Source: Chitinophaga pinensis (lineage in GTDB: Bacteria; Bacteroidota; Bacteroidia; NS11-12g; UBA955). From it: a stretch of DNA of 64,000 bases. Position numbers and translations under genes: made by a program. Numbering within the stretch: the first letter of the stretch is position 1; every line of letters starts with the position of its first letter. Below are positions 37,549 to 47,120 of this stretch, one piece after another. The stretch is taken from the NCBI GenBank assembly GCA_945860565.1, contig CAMAQS010000001.1, forward strand, positions 427-64,426, given 5' to 3'. A model generated the notes under the pieces. It did not search any database, was not told the origin of the DNA, and saw only the letters and a program-made list of their open reading frames with translations.

Positions 37549-38918
37549 AGTATTATTCCTGGAATCAATCCAAAAACTACAATAGATAACATCGCCAATA
37601 CAAGTAAAATATTTGTAAAAAGACTTGATTCTCTGTTTGTCAGTAAATTCTCATTTACAAAAGCATATTTAAATGGCTTGAAGTAATAAACTATACTTAT
37701 TGCTGAACCAACTAAACCTATAACTACTGCCCATTGATTGTATTCAAATGCTTTTGAAAACAAGACGTATTTGGCCGTAAATCCAATGGTAGCTGGGATA
37801 CCAGCCAATGACAACACAGCCAATATTAACGCCATTGCATCCAATTTGTTAGAATTAAATATGCCTTTAAAAATTGTAAAATCAAAATTGTCTGCTGTAG
37901 AATATTTGTCTATCAAATAAAACATAACAGAAGTACTTAATCCATAAGACAAACTATATACAAATAGAATTTGTGCATTTTCAGCGTAAGGAATCAATAG
38001 GAACAATATTAAATAACCGGCATGGGCTATACTAGAATATGCCAATGTGCGTTTTACTGATTTTTGTACCATACCAGCAATATTTCCCAACAAAATGGTG
38101 ATACCAGAAATTGGAATTAACCACTTAATATACCAAGAGTGCATGGGTTCGAAATTTGACATTAATTGTGCAAATGCGACAAATCCACAGATTTTGACGA
38201 TAATTGCCATAAATGAAGTAACTCTATTAGGGCTACCTTCATAAACATCGGGACTCCAAAAATGAAAGGGTACAGCAGAAATTTTGAATAACATACCCAC
38301 ACTCATAAGGATAACTCCTAGTTTAATTAAAATAGGAAATTCACCAAAATGAGCAGCGAAACCGACTTTCAATTGCATTTCACCAAATATTAGCGTTCCT
38401 GTTCCTCCATAAATAAAAGCACATCCCAATAAAAAGATGGCAGTAGAAAATGCACCCATTAAAAAGTATTTAATTGCTGCTTCATTCGCAAATAGGTTCT
38501 TTTTATCGCTTCCCGCTAAAACGTATAGTGGAATTGAAAGGATTTCTATCCCCAAAAACAACATTACCAAATGATTAGAGCCCAACATAATTATTCCTCC
38601 GCATAAAGCGAACAATGTTAAACCAAGTAAGTCACTCCCCTTTTTCTCTGATGAAGGCATTAAACCAATTATAATTGCAGATAAAAACAAGACCAAGGCA
38701 ACCATTGAAAGCCTGAAATTATTAAAATCCAACATTGAGCTTGGAACCCAAGCAAACAGTGTTTGCGTATTAATAACCTCTAAATTTTCAAATAACGAAA
38801 ATAAAGCCGCCACTAAAAGCGAAAAAACCGTTAGATTTTTTGATTTTTTTTCTGGCTTTTGAATACCAGTAAATAAAATAATTATTGCACTGAAAAAAAT
38901 TATGGATAGTCCAATCAT
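37545..38918 (-). CDS. nuoN: NADH-quinone oxidoreductase subunit N
   Basis: It is a polytopic antiporter-like protein with LAYSSIAHAGYL. It is the last gene of the nuoI-N series and overlaps nuoM by 4 nt. Confidence 0.9.
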   Translation of the reverse strand: MIGLSIIFFSAIIILFTGIQKPEKKSKNLTVFSLLVAALFSLFENLEVINTQTLFAWVPSSMLDFNNFRLSMVALVLFLSAIIIGLMPSSEKKGSDLLGLTLFALCGGIIMLGSNHLVMLFLGIEILSIPLYVLAGSDKKNLFANEAAIKYFLMGAFSTAIFLLGCAFIYGGTGTLIFGEMQLKVGFAAHFGEFPILIKLGVILMSVGMLFKISAVPFHFWSPDVYEGSPNRVTSFMAIIVKICGFVAFAQLMSNFEPMHSWYIKWLIPISGITILLGNIAGMVQKSVKRTLAYSSIAHAGYLILFLLIPYAENAQILFVYSLSYGLSTSVMFYLIDKYSTADNFDFTIFKGIFNSNKLDAMALILAVLSLAGIPATIGFTAKYVLFSKAFEYNQWAVVIGLVGSAISIVYYFKPFKYAFVNENLLTNRESSLFTNILLVLAMLSIVVFGLIPGIIL

Positions 38919-40357
38919 GATAGTACTCCTTTAGAATTAGCGATGTCTTCCATTATGTGTTGTATGGAAGGGTGAATAACATCAATGAGCGATTGTGGGT
39001 TCAAACCAATATATACAACAATTGCACTAATAATAAATAAAGGCATCAACTTCACTGTATCAATTTTATTCATTACAATTTCAGATTCTCCAAGCATAGA
39101 TAATTGAAACATTCTTAGCATATAGACTGCACACAATATAATAGTTAAACCCGCAACAATGCCTGTAAGTGAATTGTAATCGAAAATGGACTTTAACAAC
39201 ATTAATTCTCCGGGAAATCCATTTGTTAAAGGTGCCGCCAAAGAACCAAGTACTACAACAAAATAAAGAATTGTAAAAAGTTTGTGATGTTTCGCCAATC
39301 CACCTAATTGGCTTAAATCCCGAGATTTATAGTGGTATTCAATGATTTCAATTACAAAAAACAATCCAACAACATTAATACCATGTGTGAACATTTGTAA
39401 CATCCCCCCTTCAAACCCTGATAATGTCAAACTAAATAATCCAGCGGTAATTAATCCAACATGCGACAATGAACTATAAGCAATTAAACGCTTCATGTCA
39501 TTTTGTTTAAGTGCAATTATCGCACCGTAAACCACTCCGAAAACGGCCATAACCATGATTGCCGGTTGAAAATAACTTATACTTTCACCGCACAATGGCA
39601 TATACCATCTAATCAAGCCATATAATGCCATTTTTAACATTACTCCCGACAACATCATGGAACCTTGAGCAGGTGCATTTGTGTAAGTATCAGCTTGCCA
39701 AATATGGAATGGAACCAATGGTATTTTTACTGCAAAAGCGAGTAAAAATCCGCCCCCAACCAAAATGGCTTCTTTCAGTGACAGTTGAACATTAATTAAG
39801 GCTTCATAGGAAAATGACGTTGAACCCGTTTTTAAGTAAAGGTAAATTAAGGATGCCAGCATTGCCAAGCTTCCTAAAAATGTAAAAATGAAGAATCTAA
39901 TGGTTGTGATATACGCATCCTTGTGAGAATACAACAGTGTTATAAAGTAAATTGGTATCAATGCAAGTTCCCATAAGATATAAAACATCAAACCGTCTTT
40001 AGCCATGAAAACACCGTTTAATGCAGATTGCATGACCAATATTAAGGGAATAATGAATTTGTGACGATTGTCTGAGACTGAAGAAATAACAATGGGAGTT
40101 AAAATTGAAGTCAACAAAAGCAATAAATAGGTTACACCATCAAATCCCAATGTAAATCTTATAGAATCCGAAAACCATGGTTTATCGAATAAAGTTTGCC
40201 AAATCCCACTATTTAAAGCCGCTACTTTTTCAAAGTATACCTTTATTACCAAACCCAAAGTGGCAATAGACAGGACACTCATTATCCATTTATTTATTTT
40301 ATTTCCCAGCAGCGCTTTTAATAGCGCAATGACTAAAGGACAAAGTATTATTTCCAC
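38915..40357 (-). CDS. nuoM: NADH-quinone oxidoreductase subunit M
   Basis: It is an antiporter-like subunit with the motifs LWELALIPIYF and LIAYSSLSHVG. It lies between nuoL and nuoN. Confidence 0.9.
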   Translation of the reverse strand: MEIILCPLVIALLKALLGNKINKWIMSVLSIATLGLVIKVYFEKVAALNSGIWQTLFDKPWFSDSIRFTLGFDGVTYLLLLLTSILTPIVISSVSDNRHKFIIPLILVMQSALNGVFMAKDGLMFYILWELALIPIYFITLLYSHKDAYITTIRFFIFTFLGSLAMLASLIYLYLKTGSTSFSYEALINVQLSLKEAILVGGGFLLAFAVKIPLVPFHIWQADTYTNAPAQGSMMLSGVMLKMALYGLIRWYMPLCGESISYFQPAIMVMAVFGVVYGAIIALKQNDMKRLIAYSSLSHVGLITAGLFSLTLSGFEGGMLQMFTHGINVVGLFFVIEIIEYHYKSRDLSQLGGLAKHHKLFTILYFVVVLGSLAAPLTNGFPGELMLLKSIFDYNSLTGIVAGLTIILCAVYMLRMFQLSMLGESEIVMNKIDTVKLMPLFIISAIVVYIGLNPQSLIDVIHPSIQHIMEDIANSKGVLS

Positions 40358-42253
40358 TTAATTAAAAAAATTAAAACCCAACAAAATTAAAACTCCAATC
40401 ACCATGAACATTAGATAATATTCAATATTCCCATTTTGGATTTTCTTGTTTAATCCACCAAAAAAACGAAGTATATCATGAATACCATAAGAAATTTTCG
40501 AAACAATTTTTAACTCGAATACTTGTTGAAGCCAAATACTCATGGTTTCAAATGGTTTAACAAATATTAAATCATATATTTCATCGAAATAGAATTTATT
40601 TGAAATTATACCCAACACGCCGGTAGGAGTTTGTTCTTGGGGGACTTGTTTGCGTGAAATATAACGCATCCGTGTTAAAATAAATGCAGTCACAAAAACC
40701 AAAACAGCAATACTCACTAAAATCATTTCTGTATTAAATGAAATCTCGTGTTGACCAGAATGAGTAAGACCAATAACCGGTTTTAACCAATTTTGAAGTA
40801 TTCCGCCTTCATGTTGAAGATAATGAGGTAAATTCAAAAGTCCGCCAAAAATAGAAAGAACAGCCAATATCATTAACGGTAATGTCATTAATCGAGGTGA
40901 TTCATGAACTTTATCGAATGCGTAATGTTGATTGCGGTACTCACCAAAAAATGTCACAAACAACAATCTAAACATATAAATCCCTGTCAATAATGCTGAT
41001 CCCACTAACAAAATGTAAACGACAATATTGTGATTGAATGCAATGGTCAAGATTTCATCTTTAGAGAAGAAACCTGATAAAAATGGAAAGCCCGTAATGG
41101 CCAAGGTTCCAATTAAAAAAGTGTAATAGGTAATGGGCATTTTTGATTTTAATCCCCCCATTTTACGAATGTCTTGTTCATGGTGCATGCCATGAATTAC
41201 ACTACCAGCACCCAAAAACAATAAAGCCTTAAAAAAAGCATGCGTGGTAACGTGGAATAACGCAGTGGTATATGCTCCACATCCCAACGCTACAAACATG
41301 AAACCCAACTGACTTACAGTACTGTAAGCCAATACTTTTTTGATGTCATTTTGTTTTAAACCTATTAATGCAGCTACAATTGCAGTTGATAATCCCGTCC
41401 AAATAATAACTTCATTTGCAATTGGCGATAGTACATACAATGCACTGCATCGAATTACCAAGTAAATACCAGCTGTAACCATTGTAGCGGCATGAATTAA
41501 GGCAGATACAGGGGTTGGTCCAGCCATTGCATCCGGCAACCAAGTGAATAACGGTATTTGAGCACTTTTACCCATTGCGCCTATAAATAGCAGGATTCCA
41601 ATGGCATTTAACGTATTAACTGAAACAGTGCCTTTATTGATTTCTTCAAAAACAGTGGTGAATTCTAGCGTTCCAAATTGTTGGATTATCATAAAAATAC
41701 CCAACAACAAGCCTAAATCCCCAATTCTATTCATTATAAAAGCTTTCCTTGCGGCTTTACCATATTCTGCATTTTTATACCAGAATCCAATTAGTAAATA
41801 AGAACACAATCCAACACCTTCCCATCCAAAAAACAACATTATGAAATTTGAACCAAGGATTAATAAAAGCATGTTAAATATGAAGAAGTTTAAATATGCA
41901 AAAAACTTATAAAAACCTTCATCCTCTTTCATATATGAAATCGAGTAAACGTGTATTAAGGTACCTATTCCCGTTACGATTAGAGTCATCCACAATGACA
42001 ATCTATCTAAAGTAAATGCAACACGAAGATTAAATGTATCAAAACTAAGAAATGTAAATAAATCGAGCTTTATGGTGTACTCTGGATTTTCAATGAACAT
42101 GGGTAAAGCCATGATCGAAAATATAAAAGATAGAAATACGCTAATTGTTCCTATGCCTCCACTTAAACTCTTTGGAATTTTGGAACCAAAAATTCCATTT
42201 ATAATGAAACCCAACAAGGGAAGACCTAAAATTATGGATAATGTATTCATCAA
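40358..42253 (-). CDS. nuoL: NADH-quinone oxidoreductase subunit L
   Basis: 631 aa. It has the motifs GWEGVGLCSYLLIGFWY and VLAYSTVSQLG, plus the C-terminal extension characteristic of NuoL. Confidence 0.9.
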   Translation of the reverse strand: MMNTLSIILGLPLLGFIINGIFGSKIPKSLSGGIGTISVFLSFIFSIMALPMFIENPEYTIKLDLFTFLSFDTFNLRVAFTLDRLSLWMTLIVTGIGTLIHVYSISYMKEDEGFYKFFAYLNFFIFNMLLLILGSNFIMLFFGWEGVGLCSYLLIGFWYKNAEYGKAARKAFIMNRIGDLGLLLGIFMIIQQFGTLEFTTVFEEINKGTVSVNTLNAIGILLFIGAMGKSAQIPLFTWLPDAMAGPTPVSALIHAATMVTAGIYLVIRCSALYVLSPIANEVIIWTGLSTAIVAALIGLKQNDIKKVLAYSTVSQLGFMFVALGCGAYTTALFHVTTHAFFKALLFLGAGSVIHGMHHEQDIRKMGGLKSKMPITYYTFLIGTLAITGFPFLSGFFSKDEILTIAFNHNIVVYILLVGSALLTGIYMFRLLFVTFFGEYRNQHYAFDKVHESPRLMTLPLMILAVLSIFGGLLNLPHYLQHEGGILQNWLKPVIGLTHSGQHEISFNTEMILVSIAVLVFVTAFILTRMRYISRKQVPQEQTPTGVLGIISNKFYFDEIYDLIFVKPFETMSIWLQQVFELKIVSKISYGIHDILRFFGGLNKKIQNGNIEYYLMFMVIGVLILLGFNFFN

Positions 42254-42576
42254 TCTTTTAAACCATCTAAGAAACTAACATCGGTTTTTTTGGTATTCCT
42301 ATATACCATAACTAAAATGGCCAATCCTACCGCTGCTTCTGCTGCTGCCACAACCATGATAAAAAATACGAACATTTGTCCGTTTGCATTTTGATCTCCC
42401 ATGTATTCTGTAAAAGCAGCCATAAGTAAATTAACTGAATTTAACATCAATTCAATGCACATCAATAAGATGATGGCATTTCTACGAAACAATACACCAA
42501 ACAATCCTATGCAAAACAAAACACAACTGAGGTATATGTAATGACTAATCTCTATATTTTGAAAAATTCCCAACAT
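42250..42576 (-). CDS. nuoK: NADH-quinone oxidoreductase subunit K
   Basis: 108 aa with 3 TM segments. The motif LMCIELMLNSVNL is present. Confidence 0.9.
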   Translation of the reverse strand: MLGIFQNIEISHYIYLSCVLFCIGLFGVLFRRNAIILLMCIELMLNSVNLLMAAFTEYMGDQNANGQMFVFFIMVVAAAEAAVGLAILVMVYRNTKKTDVSFLDGLKD

Positions 42577-42578
42577 TT

Positions 42579-43106
42579 TTAACTTGTTATTTCTTCAGAT
42601 TTATTATCGCGTTTTGCCAATAAAACAGCACCAACCATGGCAGATATGAATAGAATGCCTGTCAATTCAAATGGAACAAGGTATTCAGTCATTAATACTC
42701 TACCCAAATTCTTTACCAAACCAATGTCCACTGCACTTGATTTCATGACCGCTAAACCAGCTTTCTGAAAAGACGCTGTAATTATAACGAGTAATAATCC
42801 TGCACATATTGCAGCACTAATTCCCCATAAGTTAGATTTAACAGGTTCCGAACTCTTATCGAGATTTAACAACATTAATACAAAAAGAAACAGAACCATT
42901 ATAGCTCCTGCATAAACCATCAAATTAACAATGGCCAAAAACTGAGCGTTTAAAAGAATATAGTGCGCTGAAATACTAAAAAAAGTTAGAATTAAAGCGA
43001 GAACACTGTGAATTGGATTTTTGCTCGTAACAACATATAAGGCACATAATATTGTTATAAATGACAATATTAAAAATGGCAAGGGCAGATTTTGAAATAA
43101 ACTCAT
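42579..43106 (-). CDS. nuoJ: NADH-quinone oxidoreductase subunit J
   Basis: 175 aa. The motifs SKNPIHSVLALILTF and VYAGAIMVLFLFVLMLL are present. Confidence 0.85.
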   Translation of the reverse strand: MSLFQNLPLPFLILSFITILCALYVVTSKNPIHSVLALILTFFSISAHYILLNAQFLAIVNLMVYAGAIMVLFLFVLMLLNLDKSSEPVKSNLWGISAAICAGLLLVIITASFQKAGLAVMKSSAVDIGLVKNLGRVLMTEYLVPFELTGILFISAMVGAVLLAKRDNKSEEITS

Positions 43107-43109
43107 TCT

Positions 43110-43646
43110 TTAATTTTTATAATCCCAATTTTGTCTTTTTGAAACGTCAATGCGTTGATTGGTGGGTTCAACCAATTTGTCTTTGCCATAAATGAACTCA
43201 TTTCTACCAAAATCGGCATCTACAATTCTATCTGTTAAAAAGATGGCTTCTTTTGGACAAGCTTCTTCACAAAGACCACAAAAAATACACCTTAACATAT
43301 TTATTTCATATTTAGCCGCATATTTTTCTTCTCTGTAAAGATGTTCTTCTCCTTTTACTCTTTCAGCGGCATCCATCGTGATGGCTTCTGCTGGACAGGC
43401 AACCGCACATAACCCGCAAGCCGTGCAACGTTCTCTTCCTTGTTCATCTTTTTTTAAGACATGTTGCCCACGGTACACGTTAGACATTGGTCTTTGAACT
43501 TCAGGATATGCAATGGTTTCGTGTTTTTTGAAAAAATGTTTGAGGGTAATCCACATGCCTCCAAAAACGGCAGGGAGGTAAATGCGTTCTCCAAAAGTCA
43601 TTTTTTTATTAACAACCTTAACTGATCTTTGAGTAAGTGATACCAT
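43110..43646 (-). CDS. nuoI: NADH-quinone oxidoreductase subunit I (2x[4Fe-4S] ferredoxin)
   Basis: It has two CxxCxxCxxxCP motifs: CTACGLCAVACP and CIFCGLCEEACP. Confidence 0.9.
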   Translation of the reverse strand: MVSLTQRSVKVVNKKMTFGERIYLPAVFGGMWITLKHFFKKHETIAYPEVQRPMSNVYRGQHVLKKDEQGRERCTACGLCAVACPAEAITMDAAERVKGEEHLYREEKYAAKYEINMLRCIFCGLCEEACPKEAIFLTDRIVDADFGRNEFIYGKDKLVEPTNQRIDVSKRQNWDYKN

Positions 43647-43663
43647 TTTTGTTCTTCTTAAAC

Positions 43664-44890
43664 TTAACTGCGTAAATGTCTTTCTTTGATTTTGTATTTT
43701 TTGCGCAAACTTTTTCTTGCAATATCTTTTTTACCAGTTTTCTTTACTGATTCAGTAGATATTGGCTCAGTAAAAGAACCGTCTTCAAGTTTAAAAACAA
43801 ACGATGCGTTTGTAAGTTTAGAATATTTAACAATAAATTTATTACCAACACGCTCAGCAGGAATAATAGTAGTTGGACTCTCGGCAACTACATAAACTTC
43901 AGAAATGAGATTGCTTTTGTCTTTTATAACACATTGTTTACTTTTACCTACTCCACTGGCAATTAAAATAGCACCTTCTTCATCTCTTCCAGTTGGACAT
44001 CTTGCCGTCACATCAAATTTAATTGCATCTTTCCCGATTTTTTTCTTTTTAACAGATTTCGAGCGATCTTTCGAACTACCCATTTTACCATTCTTTAGAT
44101 CTCTAACATAAACGCGCATTCTAGCTCTTTGATATCCATCAAAGTCTTGTGGATTAATACTAACTGTTACAGGTTTTCTTAAACAGGTATCAGAAGCCAA
44201 GCCAAACTCGACTATTCCCAACCATTGCATTCCTTCATTGGTTTTGGTAGTTAAAGGGTAACCACTTTTCAAGATTCCCATGATATCGGAGGTCTTTTTA
44301 ATGACAACACCTTTTCCTGGTTTACGTTTGTTCATGGCTATAAAGTCACATTTACTCAATGTAACTTCCATTCCACCAGCCAGTTTAATTGTTGTATCTA
44401 TAGTACACGTGTCGTTAATTGGTTTTGGAATAACCTTTTCAACTACTTTGGGTTTCTCTATAATGGTAATTTCAACACGTCTGTTGCGCGCTTTCATTTC
44501 CTTATCAGATTCATTTTCTCTCGGTTTTGACCTTCCAAAGTATTTTTGCATCATGAAATCTTCTGGAATCTCCAAGTCAGACAATAAATCATAAACTGCG
44601 TCTACCCTATCTCTGGACAACTCCATGTTGTAATCGTCGTTTCCAGTGCTGTCGGTGTGCCCAGTTAATACCAATCGGTATTCTTTCATTTTTTTAAGCT
44701 TAGAAACCAAAGTGGTTAACTTCGCTTGTTCAGCAGGTTTTATTTCTGATTCACTAACATTAAAATAAATCTGCACTGCAGGGGTTAATTCTTTAGGCTC
44801 TACCTCTGTTTTCCCACCATTTTTTTGCCCGAAAACACTAAATATCTGACAAAATCCAGCCAATAACACGATGTAATTTGATTTTTTCAT
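43664..44890 (-). CDS. OmpA-domain protein with an uncharacterised Cys-containing C-terminal region
   Basis: It has a signal peptide. The OmpA_C-like peptidoglycan-binding block lies near the N-terminus (LVLTGHTDSTGNDDYNMELSRDRVDAVYDLL…NRRVEITI). About 260 aa of unrecognised sequence follow, ending in a Lys/Arg-rich tail. It lies 17 nt upstream of nuoI on the same strand. Confidence 0.75.
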   Translation of the reverse strand: MKKSNYIVLLAGFCQIFSVFGQKNGGKTEVEPKELTPAVQIYFNVSESEIKPAEQAKLTTLVSKLKKMKEYRLVLTGHTDSTGNDDYNMELSRDRVDAVYDLLSDLEIPEDFMMQKYFGRSKPRENESDKEMKARNRRVEITIIEKPKVVEKVIPKPINDTCTIDTTIKLAGGMEVTLSKCDFIAMNKRKPGKGVVIKKTSDIMGILKSGYPLTTKTNEGMQWLGIVEFGLASDTCLRKPVTVSINPQDFDGYQRARMRVYVRDLKNGKMGSSKDRSKSVKKKKIGKDAIKFDVTARCPTGRDEEGAILIASGVGKSKQCVIKDKSNLISEVYVVAESPTTIIPAERVGNKFIVKYSKLTNASFVFKLEDGSFTEPISTESVKKTGKKDIARKSLRKKYKIKERHLRS

Positions 44891-44994
44891 AAATTATCGA
44901 CGCGAAAATAAATGATTTCTTTTTGTCTTCTATCATAAAAGCAGAATAATTACTTATTTTTCAATATATTTCGGAAAATTAGATATTTGTACGC

Positions 44995-47010
44995 ATGGAA
45001 AATCGTTATAACTTTTTAAAATCTCTGTTAGTGGGAGTTTTATTTCTGCAATTTGGATTAACGCAAGCGCAAGTTGCAAAAACACAGGTTCTTTCTTTAC
45101 AAGTAATACCTTCAAGTTCAGGAATCAATATTACTTGGCCCAATGACGCCAATTTTACAGGAACCTATTCGGTTTATGGTAGACCTATGTTTTTAAATAA
45201 AACATTTGAATTTTTTAATAACGTTCCTTCAACGAAAAATACTTTCCTAATTAGTACAGGCGGAAATCAACAAATGGAGTTTTTGGTGACAAAAACGCTA
45301 AATGGGACAAATCAATCTATAGGATATATTTGGGCTGGAAACAATTTTATGCCTGAATTTAAAAAAAATCACATTGTTTTATTGATTGATAGTCAATTTA
45401 TCCATCCATTAAAGTCAGAAATACAAACTTTAGAAAATGATTTAATGAAAAGTGGGTGGAAGATTTCTAAGTTATATGCTGGAAGAAATGAAAAACCATT
45501 AAATGTTAAATCTAGACTAAAGTCATTTGTTGATGCCCAAAAAATTAGGCCAAAGACACTTTATATAATAGGTCATATTCCTGTACCCTATTCTGGTTTT
45601 TATTCAAGTACAGGAAGCAGAGTACCGCCGGATGGTCACATTGAGGGTTCTGGGAATCATACAGGTGCTTGGCCAGCAGATTTATACTACGGCGATTTAG
45701 AAGGAATTTGGTCAGATTATACAGTTGATTGCACTACAGGCTCTAGCAGCAGGCACCACAATAAACCAAATGATGGTAAATTCGACCAGAGTACAGTTCC
45801 AAGTGAAGTTGAATTGGAAATAGGGAGAGTAGATTTTTATGATCTCCCCGTCTTCAATTCCAGTGATACTGCCTTATTAAAAGATTATTTAAATAGAGTA
45901 CACGAATGGAAAATGGGTAATGTAACAGTCAAGAAAAGAGCGCTAATAGACAATAACTTTTTGTCTTTAAATTTAGCATCTACTGGTTACCATAATTTTC
46001 CTTGTTTTGTGGGGATTGACTCAGTAAATGATCAATTGGATTATTTTACAGCGCAAACTACTGGAAATTATTTATGGAGTTATGGCTGCGGTGCTGGAAG
46101 TTATAATAGTTGTAACGGAATAGGCACGTCCACTGACTTTTCAACGAATAAAGGCAGTTTTAGCAACATTTTCACCGTTTTAGCCGGTAGTTTTTTCGGT
46201 GATTGGGATAGTAAAAACAATTTATTGAGATCAAGTCTCGCAGGAGGTTCCTTGGCAAGTTGTTGGGGTGGAATTCCTAAATGGTATTTACATCACATGG
46301 GTTTGGGAATGAATATAGGTTATGGTGCTAAAATTACTCAAAACAATTCCACTGAATACTTTAACGGAGCATTCAACCAATCTGATAAAGGAGTCTTTAT
46401 TGCCTTAATGGGAGATCCAACTTTAACGATGAATCAATTAAAACCTGTCAAGAATTTAACCATTGAATCCACAAATAATGGTGCAGTTAAATTAAGATGG
46501 TCAAAATCTAGTTCTGCGAGTAATTATATCATTTATCGGATAGATACAGCGAACTTTACATATGAAGGGGCAATGAAAAATTGTGGAAGTTCAAATACCA
46601 CAGATACATTTTTTGTAGACGAATGCAATTGGGGAACTGGCACATATTTATACGGTGTTGCCGCGTCAAAATTAGATACTACCGGTTCTGGTACATATTG
46701 GAATCAAAGTTTATTGGAAATTGCATCAGTTCAACACACCAATTCTACATTAAAAGATGGTCTTGCAGAAATAAGTATTTCTCCAAATCCAGCCAAAGGA
46801 TTTATTCAAATAAAAAATATCCCCCAAAGTAATGAAACAAAAATTACAATTAATGGAGTAGATGGTAGAATTTGGTTGCAAAAAACAATTAATAACAATT
46901 ATGAAAATCAAGACTTTACATTACCCATACCCTCCGAATTGCAGGGTTTATGCATTGTAACAATTGAGTCAAATCTAGGTGTTAAGTCTATTCAGTTGAT
47001 CTTGAATTAA
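44995..47010 (+). CDS. T9SS-sorted protein with FN3-like modules and a gingipain (C25)-like central domain
   Basis: It has a signal peptide. FN3-like segments are present (INITWPND…YSVYG; VKLRWSKSSSASNYIIYR). The central blocks LYIIGHIPVPY and ADLYYGDLEG…ELEIGRVDFYDL resemble the C25 N-terminal subdomain. The CTD reads ISPNPAKGFIQIKN…. The family assignment is from memory only. Confidence 0.55.
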   Translation: MENRYNFLKSLLVGVLFLQFGLTQAQVAKTQVLSLQVIPSSSGINITWPNDANFTGTYSVYGRPMFLNKTFEFFNNVPSTKNTFLISTGGNQQMEFLVTKTLNGTNQSIGYIWAGNNFMPEFKKNHIVLLIDSQFIHPLKSEIQTLENDLMKSGWKISKLYAGRNEKPLNVKSRLKSFVDAQKIRPKTLYIIGHIPVPYSGFYSSTGSRVPPDGHIEGSGNHTGAWPADLYYGDLEGIWSDYTVDCTTGSSSRHHNKPNDGKFDQSTVPSEVELEIGRVDFYDLPVFNSSDTALLKDYLNRVHEWKMGNVTVKKRALIDNNFLSLNLASTGYHNFPCFVGIDSVNDQLDYFTAQTTGNYLWSYGCGAGSYNSCNGIGTSTDFSTNKGSFSNIFTVLAGSFFGDWDSKNNLLRSSLAGGSLASCWGGIPKWYLHHMGLGMNIGYGAKITQNNSTEYFNGAFNQSDKGVFIALMGDPTLTMNQLKPVKNLTIESTNNGAVKLRWSKSSSASNYIIYRIDTANFTYEGAMKNCGSSNTTDTFFVDECNWGTGTYLYGVAASKLDTTGSGTYWNQSLLEIASVQHTNSTLKDGLAEISISPNPAKGFIQIKNIPQSNETKITINGVDGRIWLQKTINNNYENQDFTLPIPSELQGLCIVTIESNLGVKSIQLILN

Positions 47011-47120
47011 TATTTTATTCTTGAAAAATGGACACGAAATTTCAAAAACTCATATTTTCTAATTGTTTGATGTCAAAGTTTGTTTAATTTCGCGCCCTAA
47101 AACTATTCGAAATATAACGT

